DNA from: Burkholderiales bacterium | GTDB taxonomy: Bacteria; Pseudomonadota; Gammaproteobacteria; Burkholderiales; Ga0077523 | Assembly (NCBI GenBank): GCA_040373665.1 | Contig: JBEICA010000001.1 | Coordinates: forward strand, 1 to 57,746 | DNA: 57,746 nucleotides | Reading direction: 5' to 3' | Shown here: positions 17,559 to 26,860 of the stretch, one piece after another | Numbering within the stretch: the stretch's first letter is position 1 | How the letters are laid out: the number at the start of each line of letters is the position of its first letter | Made by a program: the position numbers and the translations under genes | The notes under the pieces: model-generated | The model's input: the letters and a program-made list of their open reading frames with translations, nothing else | Databases searched by the model: none | What the model was told of the DNA's origin: nothing

Positions 17559-18358
17559 TGACCGCGCTGCGGCTGGAGCGCGTGACCTGCCGCTTTCCGG
17601 GGCGGGACGGGACTGCGCACGTCGCGGTGCGCGATGCCACGGTGGTGGTGGAGGAGGGCGAGTTCGTCTCCCTGGTCGGGCCCACGGGTTGCGGGAAGTC
17701 GACGCTGCTCAATGTCGCGGCCGGCCTGCGTGCCCCCACCGAGGGCGGCGTGTCGGTGTTCGGGGAGCCCCTGCACGGTCGCAACGCCGCGGCCGGCTAT
17801 CTGTTCCAGGGCGAGGCGCTGCTGCCGTGGCGCAGCGCGTTCGACAACGTGCGCTTCGGGCTCCAGTTGCGCGGCGATCCTCCGGAAGAGGCGGCCGTCG
17901 CGGCCGGGAACTGGCTCCGGCGGGTCGGGCTGGAGGGGCACGGGTCCAAGTATCCGCACGAACTGTCCGGCGGCATGCGCAAGCGCGTGGCCCTGGCGCA
18001 GACCCTGGCGGTGGGACCGCGCATCCTGCTCATGGACGAACCCTTCTCGGCCCTGGACGTCCAGACACGCACGCTGATGGAAAACGAACTTCTTTCCCTG
18101 TGGCAGCGGGACCGCAAGTCGGTGCTTTTCGTCACCCACGACCTGGAGGAGGCGATCGCCCTGTCCGACCGCGTCGTCGTGCTCGGCGCCGGACCGGGCA
18201 GCCGGCCGGTGGGCGAGTTCCGCATCGACCTGCCGCGGCCGCGCGATGTGGCCGAGATCCGGCTCGAGCCGCGTTTCGTCGAACTGCACCGGGACATCTG
18301 GTCGACCCTGAAGGCCGAGGTCATGCGCGCGCACGCCGTCGACGCGGTGGCGCCATGA
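17558..18358 (+). CDS. ABC transporter ATP-binding protein (NitT/TauT family)
   Basis: Walker A GPTGCGKST, signature LSGGMRKR, Walker B ILLMDEPFSALD. Its ATG overlaps the upstream TGA by 1 nt. Confidence 0.9.
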   Translation: MTALRLERVTCRFPGRDGTAHVAVRDATVVVEEGEFVSLVGPTGCGKSTLLNVAAGLRAPTEGGVSVFGEPLHGRNAAAGYLFQGEALLPWRSAFDNVRFGLQLRGDPPEEAAVAAGNWLRRVGLEGHGSKYPHELSGGMRKRVALAQTLAVGPRILLMDEPFSALDVQTRTLMENELLSLWQRDRKSVLFVTHDLEEAIALSDRVVVLGAGPGSRPVGEFRIDLPRPRDVAEIRLEPRFVELHRDIWSTLKAEVMRAHAVDAVAP

Positions 18359-19131
18359 GCCGGCCGGCCCTCGCGCTCGCCCAGGTCGGTCTGCTGGCCG
18401 GCCTGTTCCTGCTCTGGCACGTGCTGGTGCGCACCGAGGTTTTGCCCGCCTTCTTTTTCGGCGAACCGCTGGTGGTGCTGGAGCGGGTGCGCGACTGGTT
18501 CGTGTCCGGGTCGATCTGGCCCCACCTCGGCGTGACGCTCCTGGAGACGGTGCTCGCCTTCGTCATCGGCACCGTGTCCGGGCTGGTGTTCGGGCTGTGG
18601 CTCGGCCTGTCGGACGGTGCCGCGCGCCTGCTCGACCCCTACATCAAGGGCCTGAACGCCATGCCGCGGGTGATCCTGGCGCCGATCTTCGCGGTGTGGT
18701 TCGGTCTGGGTGTGCTGTCCAAGGTGCTGCTCGGGGTGACCCTGGTGTTCTTCATCGTCTTCTTCAGCGTGTTCCACGGCGTGCGCGAGGTGAGCCCGGC
18801 GGTGCTGGACAACGCGCGCATGCTCGGCGCCAGCCGCCGGCAATTGCTGCGGCATGTCTATCTGCCCAGTGCCACCGCCTGGGTGTTCGCCAGCCTGCAT
18901 TCCGCGGTCGGCATGGCTTTCGTCGGTGCGGTGGTCGGCGAGTATCTCGGATCCGCCCGCGGCGTCGGCTACCTCATCCTCCAGGCCGAGGGCGTATTCG
19001 ACATCAACACCGTGTTCGCCGGCGTGCTCGTGCTCACGGCTTTCGCGCTGATGCTCGACCGCCTGGTGACCCTCGCCGAACGCCGCCTGCTGCGCTGGCG
19101 GCCGGCCGGTCCCGCGGGGCGGTCGGGCTGA
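18355..19131 (+). CDS. ABC transporter permease (NitT/TauT family)
   Basis: Six hydrophobic segments. ARMLGASRRQLLRHVYLPSA is an EAA-like loop. ATGA overlap with the ATPase gene. Confidence 0.85.
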   Translation: MSRPALALAQVGLLAGLFLLWHVLVRTEVLPAFFFGEPLVVLERVRDWFVSGSIWPHLGVTLLETVLAFVIGTVSGLVFGLWLGLSDGAARLLDPYIKGLNAMPRVILAPIFAVWFGLGVLSKVLLGVTLVFFIVFFSVFHGVREVSPAVLDNARMLGASRRQLLRHVYLPSATAWVFASLHSAVGMAFVGAVVGEYLGSARGVGYLILQAEGVFDINTVFAGVLVLTAFALMLDRLVTLAERRLLRWRPAGPAGRSG

Positions 19132-19280
19132 ACGACGGCGTCGTCGCCCCTGACGGCATGATCCGTTCGCCTCATGGGCGGCAGCGGGGGGCTGTTCTAG
19201 ACTCGCCGTGCTTCGGTCTCGTGCCGGGGGCGCCGAATCCCGGTGTGCTCCGGCTGACCCGCGTTTCCGGAACCCCCGGC

Positions 19281-19541
19281 ATGAAGGCCATCAAGAAGAT
19301 CCGACGGCAGATCATCGAGCATCCTGATGCCAGGGAGTCGTGCACTCTCGTGCGTCTGGTGCTCGCCCTGGAATCCGAGCAGGAGTTCCACCTCCAGGAA
19401 CTCTACGAGCTCGACCACACCCTGTTCCGCGTTGCCCTCGACCTGCTCGACGAGTGGCGTCTCGACCGCTACTACACCTCCAAGGGCCAGCTGCTGGACA
19501 TCGCGATGGCCGCCGCCGAGGCCCGGTCCGGTCGGACCTGA
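19281..19541 (+). CDS. Hypothetical small protein (86 aa)
   Basis: Tail of ORF 18597..19541 from MKAIKKIRRQIIEHPD... Balanced, non-Arg-rich composition, unlike the upstream part of the ORF. I recognise no family. Confidence 0.45.
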   Translation: MKAIKKIRRQIIEHPDARESCTLVRLVLALESEQEFHLQELYELDHTLFRVALDLLDEWRLDRYYTSKGQLLDIAMAAAEARSGRT

Positions 19542-19573
19542 GCCACGCCGCCGGTCCGCGGCGGTTCCGGCCC

Positions 19574-19694
19574 GAGGAAGGTCTGATCCAATCACGCGGA
19601 TCGCGTGGCCGTCGGAAACGGGCGATGGCGAGGCGGGCGGCGACGTCGAGACCGGACCTCCGTCGCGACCGCGTGACGGGATCAGACCTTCCTC
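19574..19694. repeat. 121-nt imperfect palindrome: 16-bp perfect inverted repeat plus nested 8-bp stem
   Basis: GAGGAAGGTCTGATCC (19574-19589) pairs with GGATCAGACCTTCCTC (19679-19694). Nested TCACGCGG (19592-19599) pairs with CCGCGTGA (19669-19676). Confidence 0.7.
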
Positions 19695-19750
19695 AATGGC
19701 CCGTGCGGAGCGCCGATATACTGGGTCTTCCCCATGCGGAGAAAGTCCCC

Positions 19751-20176
19751 ATGTCGGCGACACTCGCCTGGTTCCTCGCCGGTCTTCTGCTCGTCATCGC
19801 CGAACTGGTCAGCGGGACCTTCCATCTGCTCATCTTCGGCCTCGCGGCTATCGTCGGTGCCCTCGCCTCCTTTCTCGGGGCACCCTTCTGGTTGCAGGCC
19901 GGGGTGGCCGGCGTCGCGGCTCTGGCAGGCACCTGGCTGATCCATCGACGCAGGCGAACCCTCCATGGCGCCGGCCGTGGCCTCAGCATCGATCGCGGGC
20001 AGAGTGCGGTGTTCGAGACCTGGCTGGACGCGGCGGCGCGGGTGGCCCGGGTGCGTTACCGTGGCGCGCCCTGGGAGGCCGACGTCGACGAGGCCGCCGA
20101 TCCGGCTGCGGGCGCCACGCTGTATGTCACGGCCATCGACGGTGCCCGTCTCAAGGTCTCCTCCCGCCGACCGTAG
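19751..20176 (+). CDS. NfeD-family membrane protein
   Basis: Part of ORF 19340..20176. Three N-terminal TM helices, then a C-terminal beta domain (VRYRGAPWEADV...LYVTAIDGARLKV). Lies upstream of the SPFH gene. Confidence 0.75.
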   Translation: MSATLAWFLAGLLLVIAELVSGTFHLLIFGLAAIVGALASFLGAPFWLQAGVAGVAALAGTWLIHRRRRTLHGAGRGLSIDRGQSAVFETWLDAAARVARVRYRGAPWEADVDEAADPAAGATLYVTAIDGARLKVSSRRP

Positions 20177-20237
20177 ACAGCGGCAGTTATGCCGCCCGAA
20201 TGTGCGGGCAGGCAGGAAACACCCCGGGAGGGTCCGC

Positions 20238-21233
20238 ATGCTGCCGAAGCTCGTCGTCGTGTTCGTGGTGTCCGTTGCCGCATTCATGTTCCCTGCCACG
20301 CAGGGTTACGGCATTCCGATCCTGTTCCTCGGCGTGGTCATCGCGTTCGTCCTCGAGGGCGTGCGCGTCGTGCCGCAGCAGAGCGCGTGGGTGGTGGAGC
20401 GTCTGGGTCGGTATCACCGCACGCTCGAGCCGGGCCTGAACCTGATCGTTCCCTTCGTCGACCGGGTGCAGTACCGGCACTCGCTCAAGGAGGTGCCGCT
20501 GGATGTGCCGGAGCAGGTGTGCATCACCCGCGACAACACCCAGCTGGGCGTCGATGGTCTGCTCTACTTCCAGGTGACCGACCCGAAGCTGGCCAGCTAC
20601 GGCACCTCCGACTACGTGATGGCCATCACCCAGCTGGCCCAGACGACCCTGCGCAGCGAGATCGGCAAGATGGAACTGGACCGGACCTTCGAGAGCCGGG
20701 ACGACATCAACCGCCAGATCGTGGCGGCGCTCGATGAGGCTGGGCGCACCTGGGGCGTCAAGGTGCTGCGCTACGAGATCAAGAACCTCACGCCGCCGGA
20801 GTCCATCCTGCGGGCCATGCAGGCGCAGATCACGTCGGAGCGCGAGAAACGCGCGCTGATCGCCAAGTCCGAAGGCAAGCGGCAGGAGGAGATCAACCTC
20901 GCCGACGGCGAGCGCCAGGCCAAGATTCTGCAATCCGAGGGCGAGAAGACGGCGGCCATCAACAAGGCCGAGGGTGAGGCATCGGCGATCCGCATGCTGT
21001 CCGATGCCCAGGCCCAGGCGGTCCGCGCCGTTGCCAATGCCCTGGGCTCGGAGGGCGGGCTCAACGCCGCCAACCTTCGTGTGGCGGAATCCTATGTGGC
21101 AGCCTTCGCCCAGCTCGCCAAGGCCGGCAACACCCTGATCATCCCCTCCAATCTGTCCGATCCCGCCTCCATGGTGGCCAGTGCCATGACGGTGCTCGCC
21201 CGCATGCGCAGCCAGTCCGGCCAGACGCCCTGA
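20238..21233 (+). CDS. SPFH/Band 7 (stomatin/paraslipin-like) protein
   Basis: Part of ORF 19965..21233. VVPQQSAWVVERLGRYHRTLEPGLNLIVPFVD, ITRDNTQLGVDGLLYFQV, a coiled-coil tail. GGGAGG RBS. Confidence 0.9.
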   Translation: MLPKLVVVFVVSVAAFMFPATQGYGIPILFLGVVIAFVLEGVRVVPQQSAWVVERLGRYHRTLEPGLNLIVPFVDRVQYRHSLKEVPLDVPEQVCITRDNTQLGVDGLLYFQVTDPKLASYGTSDYVMAITQLAQTTLRSEIGKMELDRTFESRDDINRQIVAALDEAGRTWGVKVLRYEIKNLTPPESILRAMQAQITSEREKRALIAKSEGKRQEEINLADGERQAKILQSEGEKTAAINKAEGEASAIRMLSDAQAQAVRAVANALGSEGGLNAANLRVAESYVAAFAQLAKAGNTLIIPSNLSDPASMVASAMTVLARMRSQSGQTP

Positions 21234-21402
21234 GGCGGCACGCGGGCCGGCACCCCGGCAAGACGCCCGGTCATTTCCTGGGCCCGACCGCGGGCCATGA
21301 GTTACACTCGCCGCCACTCCGGCAGGGTCGCCAGATGTCGGAGGCGGGCGCGACGCGAACCTGTCTCCGAACGGCTTCGACGCTCCTGGCTGGAGCATCG
21401 AA

Positions 21403-22443
21403 GTGCCGGGTCAACCGGCCGGAGGATCGGATCCCGTGTTTGCGTTGTCGAGAGCCCTCGCAGGGCTGGGCCTGCTCGTGGGGGCAGCCGCGCCGGCGGC
21501 ATTCGCCGCCGTGCCCGAACTGGACGTCGAGTACGTCATCGCCAATCCGCGGCCGCGGGTGGCCGAAGTGGGCTACGTCGAGCCCGAGACCTTCGACCCC
21601 TTCACCGACCGCCTCTACCAGGGCGGCTTCCGTTATGGCGGGCCTCCGGTGGAGATCCCCGACAACGTCAAGTACCTGACCGCGCTCGGACGGGCCAAGG
21701 CGATGAAGCGTATCCTCGCCTGCGCCGACGCCTGGTACTACCCGTTCTCCCACACGGCGCCGAAGGCCGAGCCTCCCGGCATCGACATCGAGATCCTGGG
21801 CCGCATCGCGCAGCGCAACGGCTGGGAGTTCTCCATCATGTGGGCCAACACCGGTGTCTACCGGGGGGGGCTCAACCTCGCGTTCCGGCAGACGGTCAAC
21901 CGCGGCTTCTGCGATGTCTTCCTCGGCCTGGTGATCACCGGCGAGGATGAGCACATGACCAAGAATGCCATGGCCTTCACCAAGCCCTATCTCGGCATCG
22001 GTTTCGTGCTCGTCGGCAATGGCAAGGTGCCGAAGGCGCGCACCCTGGCGGACCTCAAGGGCACGGGTGTCAAGGTCGGTGTGCCCGCCTACTCTCCGAT
22101 GTACGACAACGCCGTCGCGCTCGGCATCCCGGTCGAGACCTACTTCCAGAACGCCCGGGTGATCGACGGCCTGCTGCGCAAGGAGGTGGACGCCATCATG
22201 GTGTGGGGTCCGTCCATCCCCGTGGCCAACCGCGAGAAGAACGTGGAGCTGGCGATGTCGCCCGGCTTCCAGCCCCAGCCCGGTCAACGCTTCAACGGCG
22301 CCTGGGGCGTGAAGGCCAAGGAGACCGATTTCAAGCAGCTCATCGACGAGGCCTTCACCGAGATGCTCGCCAATGGCGAGATCCGGGCGATCGTCGAGAA
22401 GTACGGCGTGCCGTTCTTCCGCCCCTTCCCGGAAGGGCAGTGA
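21403..22443 (+). CDS. Periplasmic substrate-binding-fold protein (SBP family 3, MoxJ-like)
   Basis: Signal peptide ALAGLGLLVGAAAPAAFA. ILACADAWYYPFS resembles the MoxJ/quinoprotein-associated SBP motif. GTG start is uncertain. Confidence 0.55.
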   Translation: MPGQPAGGSDPVFALSRALAGLGLLVGAAAPAAFAAVPELDVEYVIANPRPRVAEVGYVEPETFDPFTDRLYQGGFRYGGPPVEIPDNVKYLTALGRAKAMKRILACADAWYYPFSHTAPKAEPPGIDIEILGRIAQRNGWEFSIMWANTGVYRGGLNLAFRQTVNRGFCDVFLGLVITGEDEHMTKNAMAFTKPYLGIGFVLVGNGKVPKARTLADLKGTGVKVGVPAYSPMYDNAVALGIPVETYFQNARVIDGLLRKEVDAIMVWGPSIPVANREKNVELAMSPGFQPQPGQRFNGAWGVKAKETDFKQLIDEAFTEMLANGEIRAIVEKYGVPFFRPFPEGQ

Positions 22444-22510
22444 CGCCGGTCGTTCCCGTGCCGGCGCATGCGCATCATTCCCCCAATCACCAGACCCGAA
22501 GAGAAACGAC

Positions 22511-23137
22511 ATGTGGAATACATTCATCGAACTGAGCACGCTCTCCATGGGGGTGATTCCCGTGCTGGTGGTGATCTTCACCGTGGCATTCGCGGTGGTG
22601 ATCGAGCGGCTCTGGTTCTTCCACCGGGTACTCGGCCAGGGTGCCGCCATCGAGCGTGACCTCAAGGGCACGGCCTATCGCGACCTCGATGGCCTGCGCG
22701 GCATCGCCGGGCGTTTCGGAGGCGCGATGCAGTCCGCCCTGGTGAACGCCGGTCTCGAGTCGAAGGCCACGGACGCCGAGTCCGCCGAGCGCCACATCGA
22801 CGAGGCCATCCTGGAGGCGGTGCCAGTGATGGACCGCAACCTGTGGGTGCTGGACACCGCGGTCACGCTGGGCCCGCTGCTCGGCCTGCTGGGCACCATC
22901 TTCGGCATGGTGAAGACCTTCAACGTGCTGGGCAGCGAGGGCATGGGGGCCGGGGCCGGCGCCGTGACGGGAGGCATCGGCGAGGCGCTGGTCGCGACCG
23001 GCGTGGGTCTGTTCATCGCCATCGTGGGCCTGATCTTCCTGAATTACTTCAACAAGCGGGTGCGCCTCGGCGTGCAGCAGATGGAGCTCATCAAACTCAC
23101 CGTGGTCAACCGCCTGCACGGCGGTGGCGCGCGCTGA
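22511..23137 (+). CDS. exbB: MotA/TolQ/ExbB proton-channel protein
   Basis: Part of ORF 22373..23137. LGPLLGLLGTIFGMVKTF and GGIGEALVATGVGLFIAIVGLIFLNYF. Confidence 0.85.
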   Translation: MWNTFIELSTLSMGVIPVLVVIFTVAFAVVIERLWFFHRVLGQGAAIERDLKGTAYRDLDGLRGIAGRFGGAMQSALVNAGLESKATDAESAERHIDEAILEAVPVMDRNLWVLDTAVTLGPLLGLLGTIFGMVKTFNVLGSEGMGAGAGAVTGGIGEALVATGVGLFIAIVGLIFLNYFNKRVRLGVQQMELIKLTVVNRLHGGGAR

Positions 23138-23150
23138 GGAGACCGCAGCC

Positions 23151-23606
23151 ATGCGCTCCCGCACCAGCCGTTACTTCGAGGTCGACAAGCCGCGCATCGA
23201 AGTGATCCCGATGATCGACATCATGATGTTCCTGCTGGTGTTCTTCATCATGATCACGATCGACACCATCGCCGGCAGCGGCATCGCGCTCGATCTGCCT
23301 GGCGCGAAGACCACACAGGCCCTGAAGGACACGCAGATCACCATCGGCGTGCAGAAGGACGGCGCGCTGTTCGTGCAGGGCAAGCCGTTCACGCCGGAAC
23401 AGCTGACCGCCCGCCTGAAGGCCGACAAGGAGAAAGGCAAGGTCGACGTCGTGATTGCCGGTGACAAGGAAGTGCCGCTGCAGAAGCTGCTCGATGTCAT
23501 GGACATCGTGCGGGGCGAGGGCATCCAGTCCGTCGGCATCGCCGCCTCGAAGAACGCCCAGGCGGCTGGCGCCGCGCCGGCGGCAGGAGCCGCACCCGCG
23601 CGATGA
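23151..23606 (+). CDS. exbD: ExbD/TolR biopolymer transport protein
   Basis: IEVIPMIDIMMFLLVFFIM TM helix and a periplasmic domain. GAGGA lies 10 nt upstream of the ATG at 23151. Confidence 0.85.
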   Translation: MRSRTSRYFEVDKPRIEVIPMIDIMMFLLVFFIMITIDTIAGSGIALDLPGAKTTQALKDTQITIGVQKDGALFVQGKPFTPEQLTARLKADKEKGKVDVVIAGDKEVPLQKLLDVMDIVRGEGIQSVGIAASKNAQAAGAAPAAGAAPAR

Positions 23607-24315
23607 GCGAGTCAACCCCCCCGCCGTCGCCGCCGCTGCGCGACGACGGTCGCCAACGGCGCCTGCTGCCCTTCCCGCGGGCGCTTGCCATCGCCGTCGG
23701 TCTGGAGGCCGCGGTGCTGTTGTACGCGACGGTCAACTGGAGCGCGCTGTTTCGCCGCCCGAACCCGAACCCATGAAGGTCGAGTTCGTGAAGCTGCCGG
23801 AGCCGCCACCGCCACCGCCACCACCACCGCCGCCGCCCAAGCCCAAGCAGAAGAAGCCGGAGCCGCCCAAACCGCCCGAGCCGCCCAAGCCGGAGGAGAA
23901 GCCTCTGCCGGCGCCGGAGCCCGAGCCGCCGCCCGAGCCGGAACCTCCTCCGCCGCCGCCACCACCACCGCCGCCGCCCCCTGACCTGCCACCGCCGGAC
24001 AAGCGCGCCAAGCCGGTGAAGAAGCCGCCCGCGGTCTACCCCAAGGACGCGCTGTCCCAGGGCATCGAGGGGCGGGTGCGGGTGCGGCTGCTGGTCAGCG
24101 GGACAGGCAAGGTGCTCAAGACCGAGGTCATCGAATCGGAGCCGCCGGGCGTGTTCGACTACTCGGCGACCAAGGCGGCCAAGCAGTACCAGTTCCCGCC
24201 GGACGAGAACGGCGTCGAGGAGTTCCAGATCGACCAGGTGTTCGTCTATCGCATCGAGGACGACCGTTTCGGTCCGCAGGCGGGCACGGGCAAGGCACCG
24301 ACGGCGCCGAAATGA
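23603..24315 (+). CDS. tonB: TonB-family energy transducer, frameshifted as assembled (TM anchor 23603..23776; Pro-rich spacer and C-terminal domain 23773..24315)
   Basis: The ATG at 23603 overlaps the exbD stop (ATGA) and encodes MSES...ALAIAVGLEAAVLLYATV, a TM helix, stopping at 23774-23776. The other frame encodes PEPPPPPPPPPPPPKPKQKKPEPPKP... and a TonB C-terminal domain (YPKDALSQGIEGRVRVRLLVSGTGKV). Confidence 0.75.
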
Positions 24316-24367
24316 GGCCGGCGGCCCGCCCGCCGGGGGGCACCTCGCACGTTGGGAGGGAGGCAAG

Positions 24368-26074
24368 ATGCACGATCTGGTGATCCGCAACGCCACGCTG
24401 GTGGATGGCACGGGCGCGGCGGCGCGACGGGCGGACATGGCGGTGGACGGTGCCGTGATCAGCGCCGTTGGCGCCGATGTCGGCGCGGGGCGTCGTGAGA
24501 TCGATGCCGATGGCCTGCTGCTCACGCCCGGCTGGGTGGACATCCACACCCACTACGACGGTCAGGCGATCTGGGATCCCCAGCTCACGCCATCGTCCTG
24601 GCACGGCGTGACCACCGCCCTGTTCGGCAACTGCGGCGTGGGTTTTGCCCCTGTGCGGCCTGGCAGCGAGCGCTATCTCATCAACCTGATGGAAGGGGTG
24701 GAGGACATCCCGGAGACGGTGCTGGCCGAGGGCATCGACTTTCGCTGGGAGAGCTTCGAGCAGTATCTCGACGTTCTGGACGCGGCGCCGCACGTCATCG
24801 ACATCGGCGCCCAGGTGCCGCACGGGGCGCTGCGCTTCTACGTCATGGGCGAGCGTGGTGCCGACCACGGCGAGGTGCCCACCGCGGCCGAGATCGCGCG
24901 CATGGGTGGACTGCTCGAGTCCGCCCTGCGCGCAGGCGCCCTGGGTTTCAGCACCTCGCGCACGAGAAAGCACCGCGCCCGGGACGGACGCTTCACGCCC
25001 GGCTTGAGCGCCACGGACGTCGAGCTGGCCGGCATCGCCCATGCGATGCGGCGTGCCGGGGCCGGGGTCATCGAGGTGAACTCGGACTTCGGCGACGGCG
25101 ATTTCGAGCACCTGCGGGATGCGGCCCGTATCGCCGGCCGGCCGCTGACGGTGCTGCTGCTGCAGGTCCACAACGCGCCGGACCTGTGGCGCGACACGCT
25201 CGCGCGCATTCACGCCGCTCGGGCCGAGGGTCTGGAGGTGACCGGACAGGTGGGCTCACGGCCGATCTGCGTGAATTTCGCCCTCGAAGGCAGCATCCAT
25301 CCCTTCATCACCCATCCCCTGTGGCAGGGCCTCCAGGATCTCCCGCCGGCGCAGCGTGTGGCCCGACTCCGGGCCGACGCCGGGCTCCGGCGCCGACTCT
25401 GGGCCGAGCGACCCGACGACGCCACGACGCGCTGGATCGCCGACATGCTGCCCCGCACCTTCCGCCTGCGGGAGCCGGTGGATTACGAACCCGACATGGC
25501 GACCTCGGTGGCTGCGGTGGCCGCGGCCGACGGGCGGGACCCCTTCGAGGTGGCGCTGGAGTGGCTGCTCGAGGACGACGGCAAGGCGATGTTGCTGCAC
25601 ACCTTCGAGAACTACTTCGACGGTGACCTCGAGGTGGTGCGTACCCTGATGGAGGACCCCGCCACGGTGATGGGCATCGCCGATGCAGGGGCGCATGTCG
25701 GCTACATCTGCGATGCCAGTTCGGCCACGGGCGCGCTCATCCATTGGGCGCGGGACCGGCATCGCGGTCCCCGGCTGCCGCTCGAACTGCTGGTGCGCAA
25801 GCAGACGCGCGACACCGCGGCGACCTACGGGCTGCACGACCGCGGCGTGCTCGCGCCCGGCTACAAGGCGGACTTCAATCTGATCGACTTCGAGCGCCTG
25901 CGCCTGTTCAGGCCCGAGGTGATCTATGACCTGCCGGCTGGCGGGCGCCGCATGGTCCAGCGCGCCGAGGGCTACCGGCACACTTTCGTGTCGGGCACCG
26001 AAGTCATGCGCGACGGCGAGCCCACAGGACCGTTGCCGGGGCGGCTGGTGCGCGGAGCGCGCCCGGCGCCCTGA
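24368..26074 (+). CDS. N-acyl-D-amino-acid deacylase family amidohydrolase
   Basis: VIRNATLVDGTG...LLLTPGWVDIHTHYDGQ, LFGNCGVGFAP, GALGFSTSR, IADAGAHVGYICDAS. Confidence 0.85.
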   Translation: MHDLVIRNATLVDGTGAAARRADMAVDGAVISAVGADVGAGRREIDADGLLLTPGWVDIHTHYDGQAIWDPQLTPSSWHGVTTALFGNCGVGFAPVRPGSERYLINLMEGVEDIPETVLAEGIDFRWESFEQYLDVLDAAPHVIDIGAQVPHGALRFYVMGERGADHGEVPTAAEIARMGGLLESALRAGALGFSTSRTRKHRARDGRFTPGLSATDVELAGIAHAMRRAGAGVIEVNSDFGDGDFEHLRDAARIAGRPLTVLLLQVHNAPDLWRDTLARIHAARAEGLEVTGQVGSRPICVNFALEGSIHPFITHPLWQGLQDLPPAQRVARLRADAGLRRRLWAERPDDATTRWIADMLPRTFRLREPVDYEPDMATSVAAVAAADGRDPFEVALEWLLEDDGKAMLLHTFENYFDGDLEVVRTLMEDPATVMGIADAGAHVGYICDASSATGALIHWARDRHRGPRLPLELLVRKQTRDTAATYGLHDRGVLAPGYKADFNLIDFERLRLFRPEVIYDLPAGGRRMVQRAEGYRHTFVSGTEVMRDGEPTGPLPGRLVRGARPAP

Positions 26075-26105
26075 GGGACGGCCGGGGCGGCACTCCGGCG
26101 CCGCG

Positions 26106-26837
26106 TCAGGCGTCGGCGGCGGGGTGGTGCAGCACCACCATGCCGTCGCCATCGTCCTCCACGTAGCCGCTGGCGCGGAAGTCCCTGAGTATCCCGGCGA
26201 CGACCTCCGAGGTGGCGCCGACCTGCTCCGAGATTTCCTTCACCGGCAGGCGCTGGTCGATGATCAACCGACCGTCGTCCTCGACCGCCATGCCCAGCAG
26301 AACGTGGGCGACGCGACCGTAGATGTCGAGCATCTCCAGGCTGCCGACGGTGCGGGTGAGGGCACGCACCCGCCCGATCAACATGCGCAGCATGGCCAGC
26401 GCGATGTCCGGGTGCGCGGCGAGGTGCTGTTCGACCTGCTCGCGCGTCAGCGCCGCGAACACGCACTCCTCGGCGGTCACGACCGACGCCGTGCGCAGGC
26501 CGTGGTCCAGCATCATCTCGCCGAAGTGTTCCCCCGGTCCATGCACGTTGAGCTCGATCCGCCGGCCGTCATCCTGCTCCCGGAAGACCCGCACCGACCC
26601 CTTGACGATGACGTACAGGGTGTGTCCCCGTTCGCCTTCGCGGATGACCAGCACGTTCGGCGGCCAGGTCTCGAGCGTGCCCAGGTTGGCGAGCGATGCC
26701 ACGCAATCATCGGGCAACTGCCAGATCTCACGGCGCTCGGCAAAACTTTCCACAGTCGACTCCGCAGGGTTGGCCGGTGGACTGCAAGTGTCCTTCGGTG
26801 AAGCCGCGCTTATGCCTCCTGGCGCCTGCGACGTCAA
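26106..26837 (-). CDS. Crp/Fnr-family transcriptional regulator
   Basis: cNMP-binding fold (LVIREGERGHTLYVIVKGSVRVF...HFGEMML) and a C-terminal HTH (LPVKEISEQVGATSEVVAGILRDFRASGYV). Confidence 0.8.
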   Translation of the reverse strand: MTSQAPGGISAASPKDTCSPPANPAESTVESFAERREIWQLPDDCVASLANLGTLETWPPNVLVIREGERGHTLYVIVKGSVRVFREQDDGRRIELNVHGPGEHFGEMMLDHGLRTASVVTAEECVFAALTREQVEQHLAAHPDIALAMLRMLIGRVRALTRTVGSLEMLDIYGRVAHVLLGMAVEDDGRLIIDQRLPVKEISEQVGATSEVVAGILRDFRASGYVEDDGDGMVVLHHPAADA

Positions 26838-26860
26838 CTGCGGCGCGATCGCGGAATGTG

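Noticed and set aside
23800-23990. Highly repetitive CCG/CCA-rich DNA that might look like a tandem repeat or a CRISPR-like array
   Set aside because: It encodes the Pro-rich (PPPPP / PEPEP / KP) spacer typical of TonB. There is no repeat-spacer periodicity.
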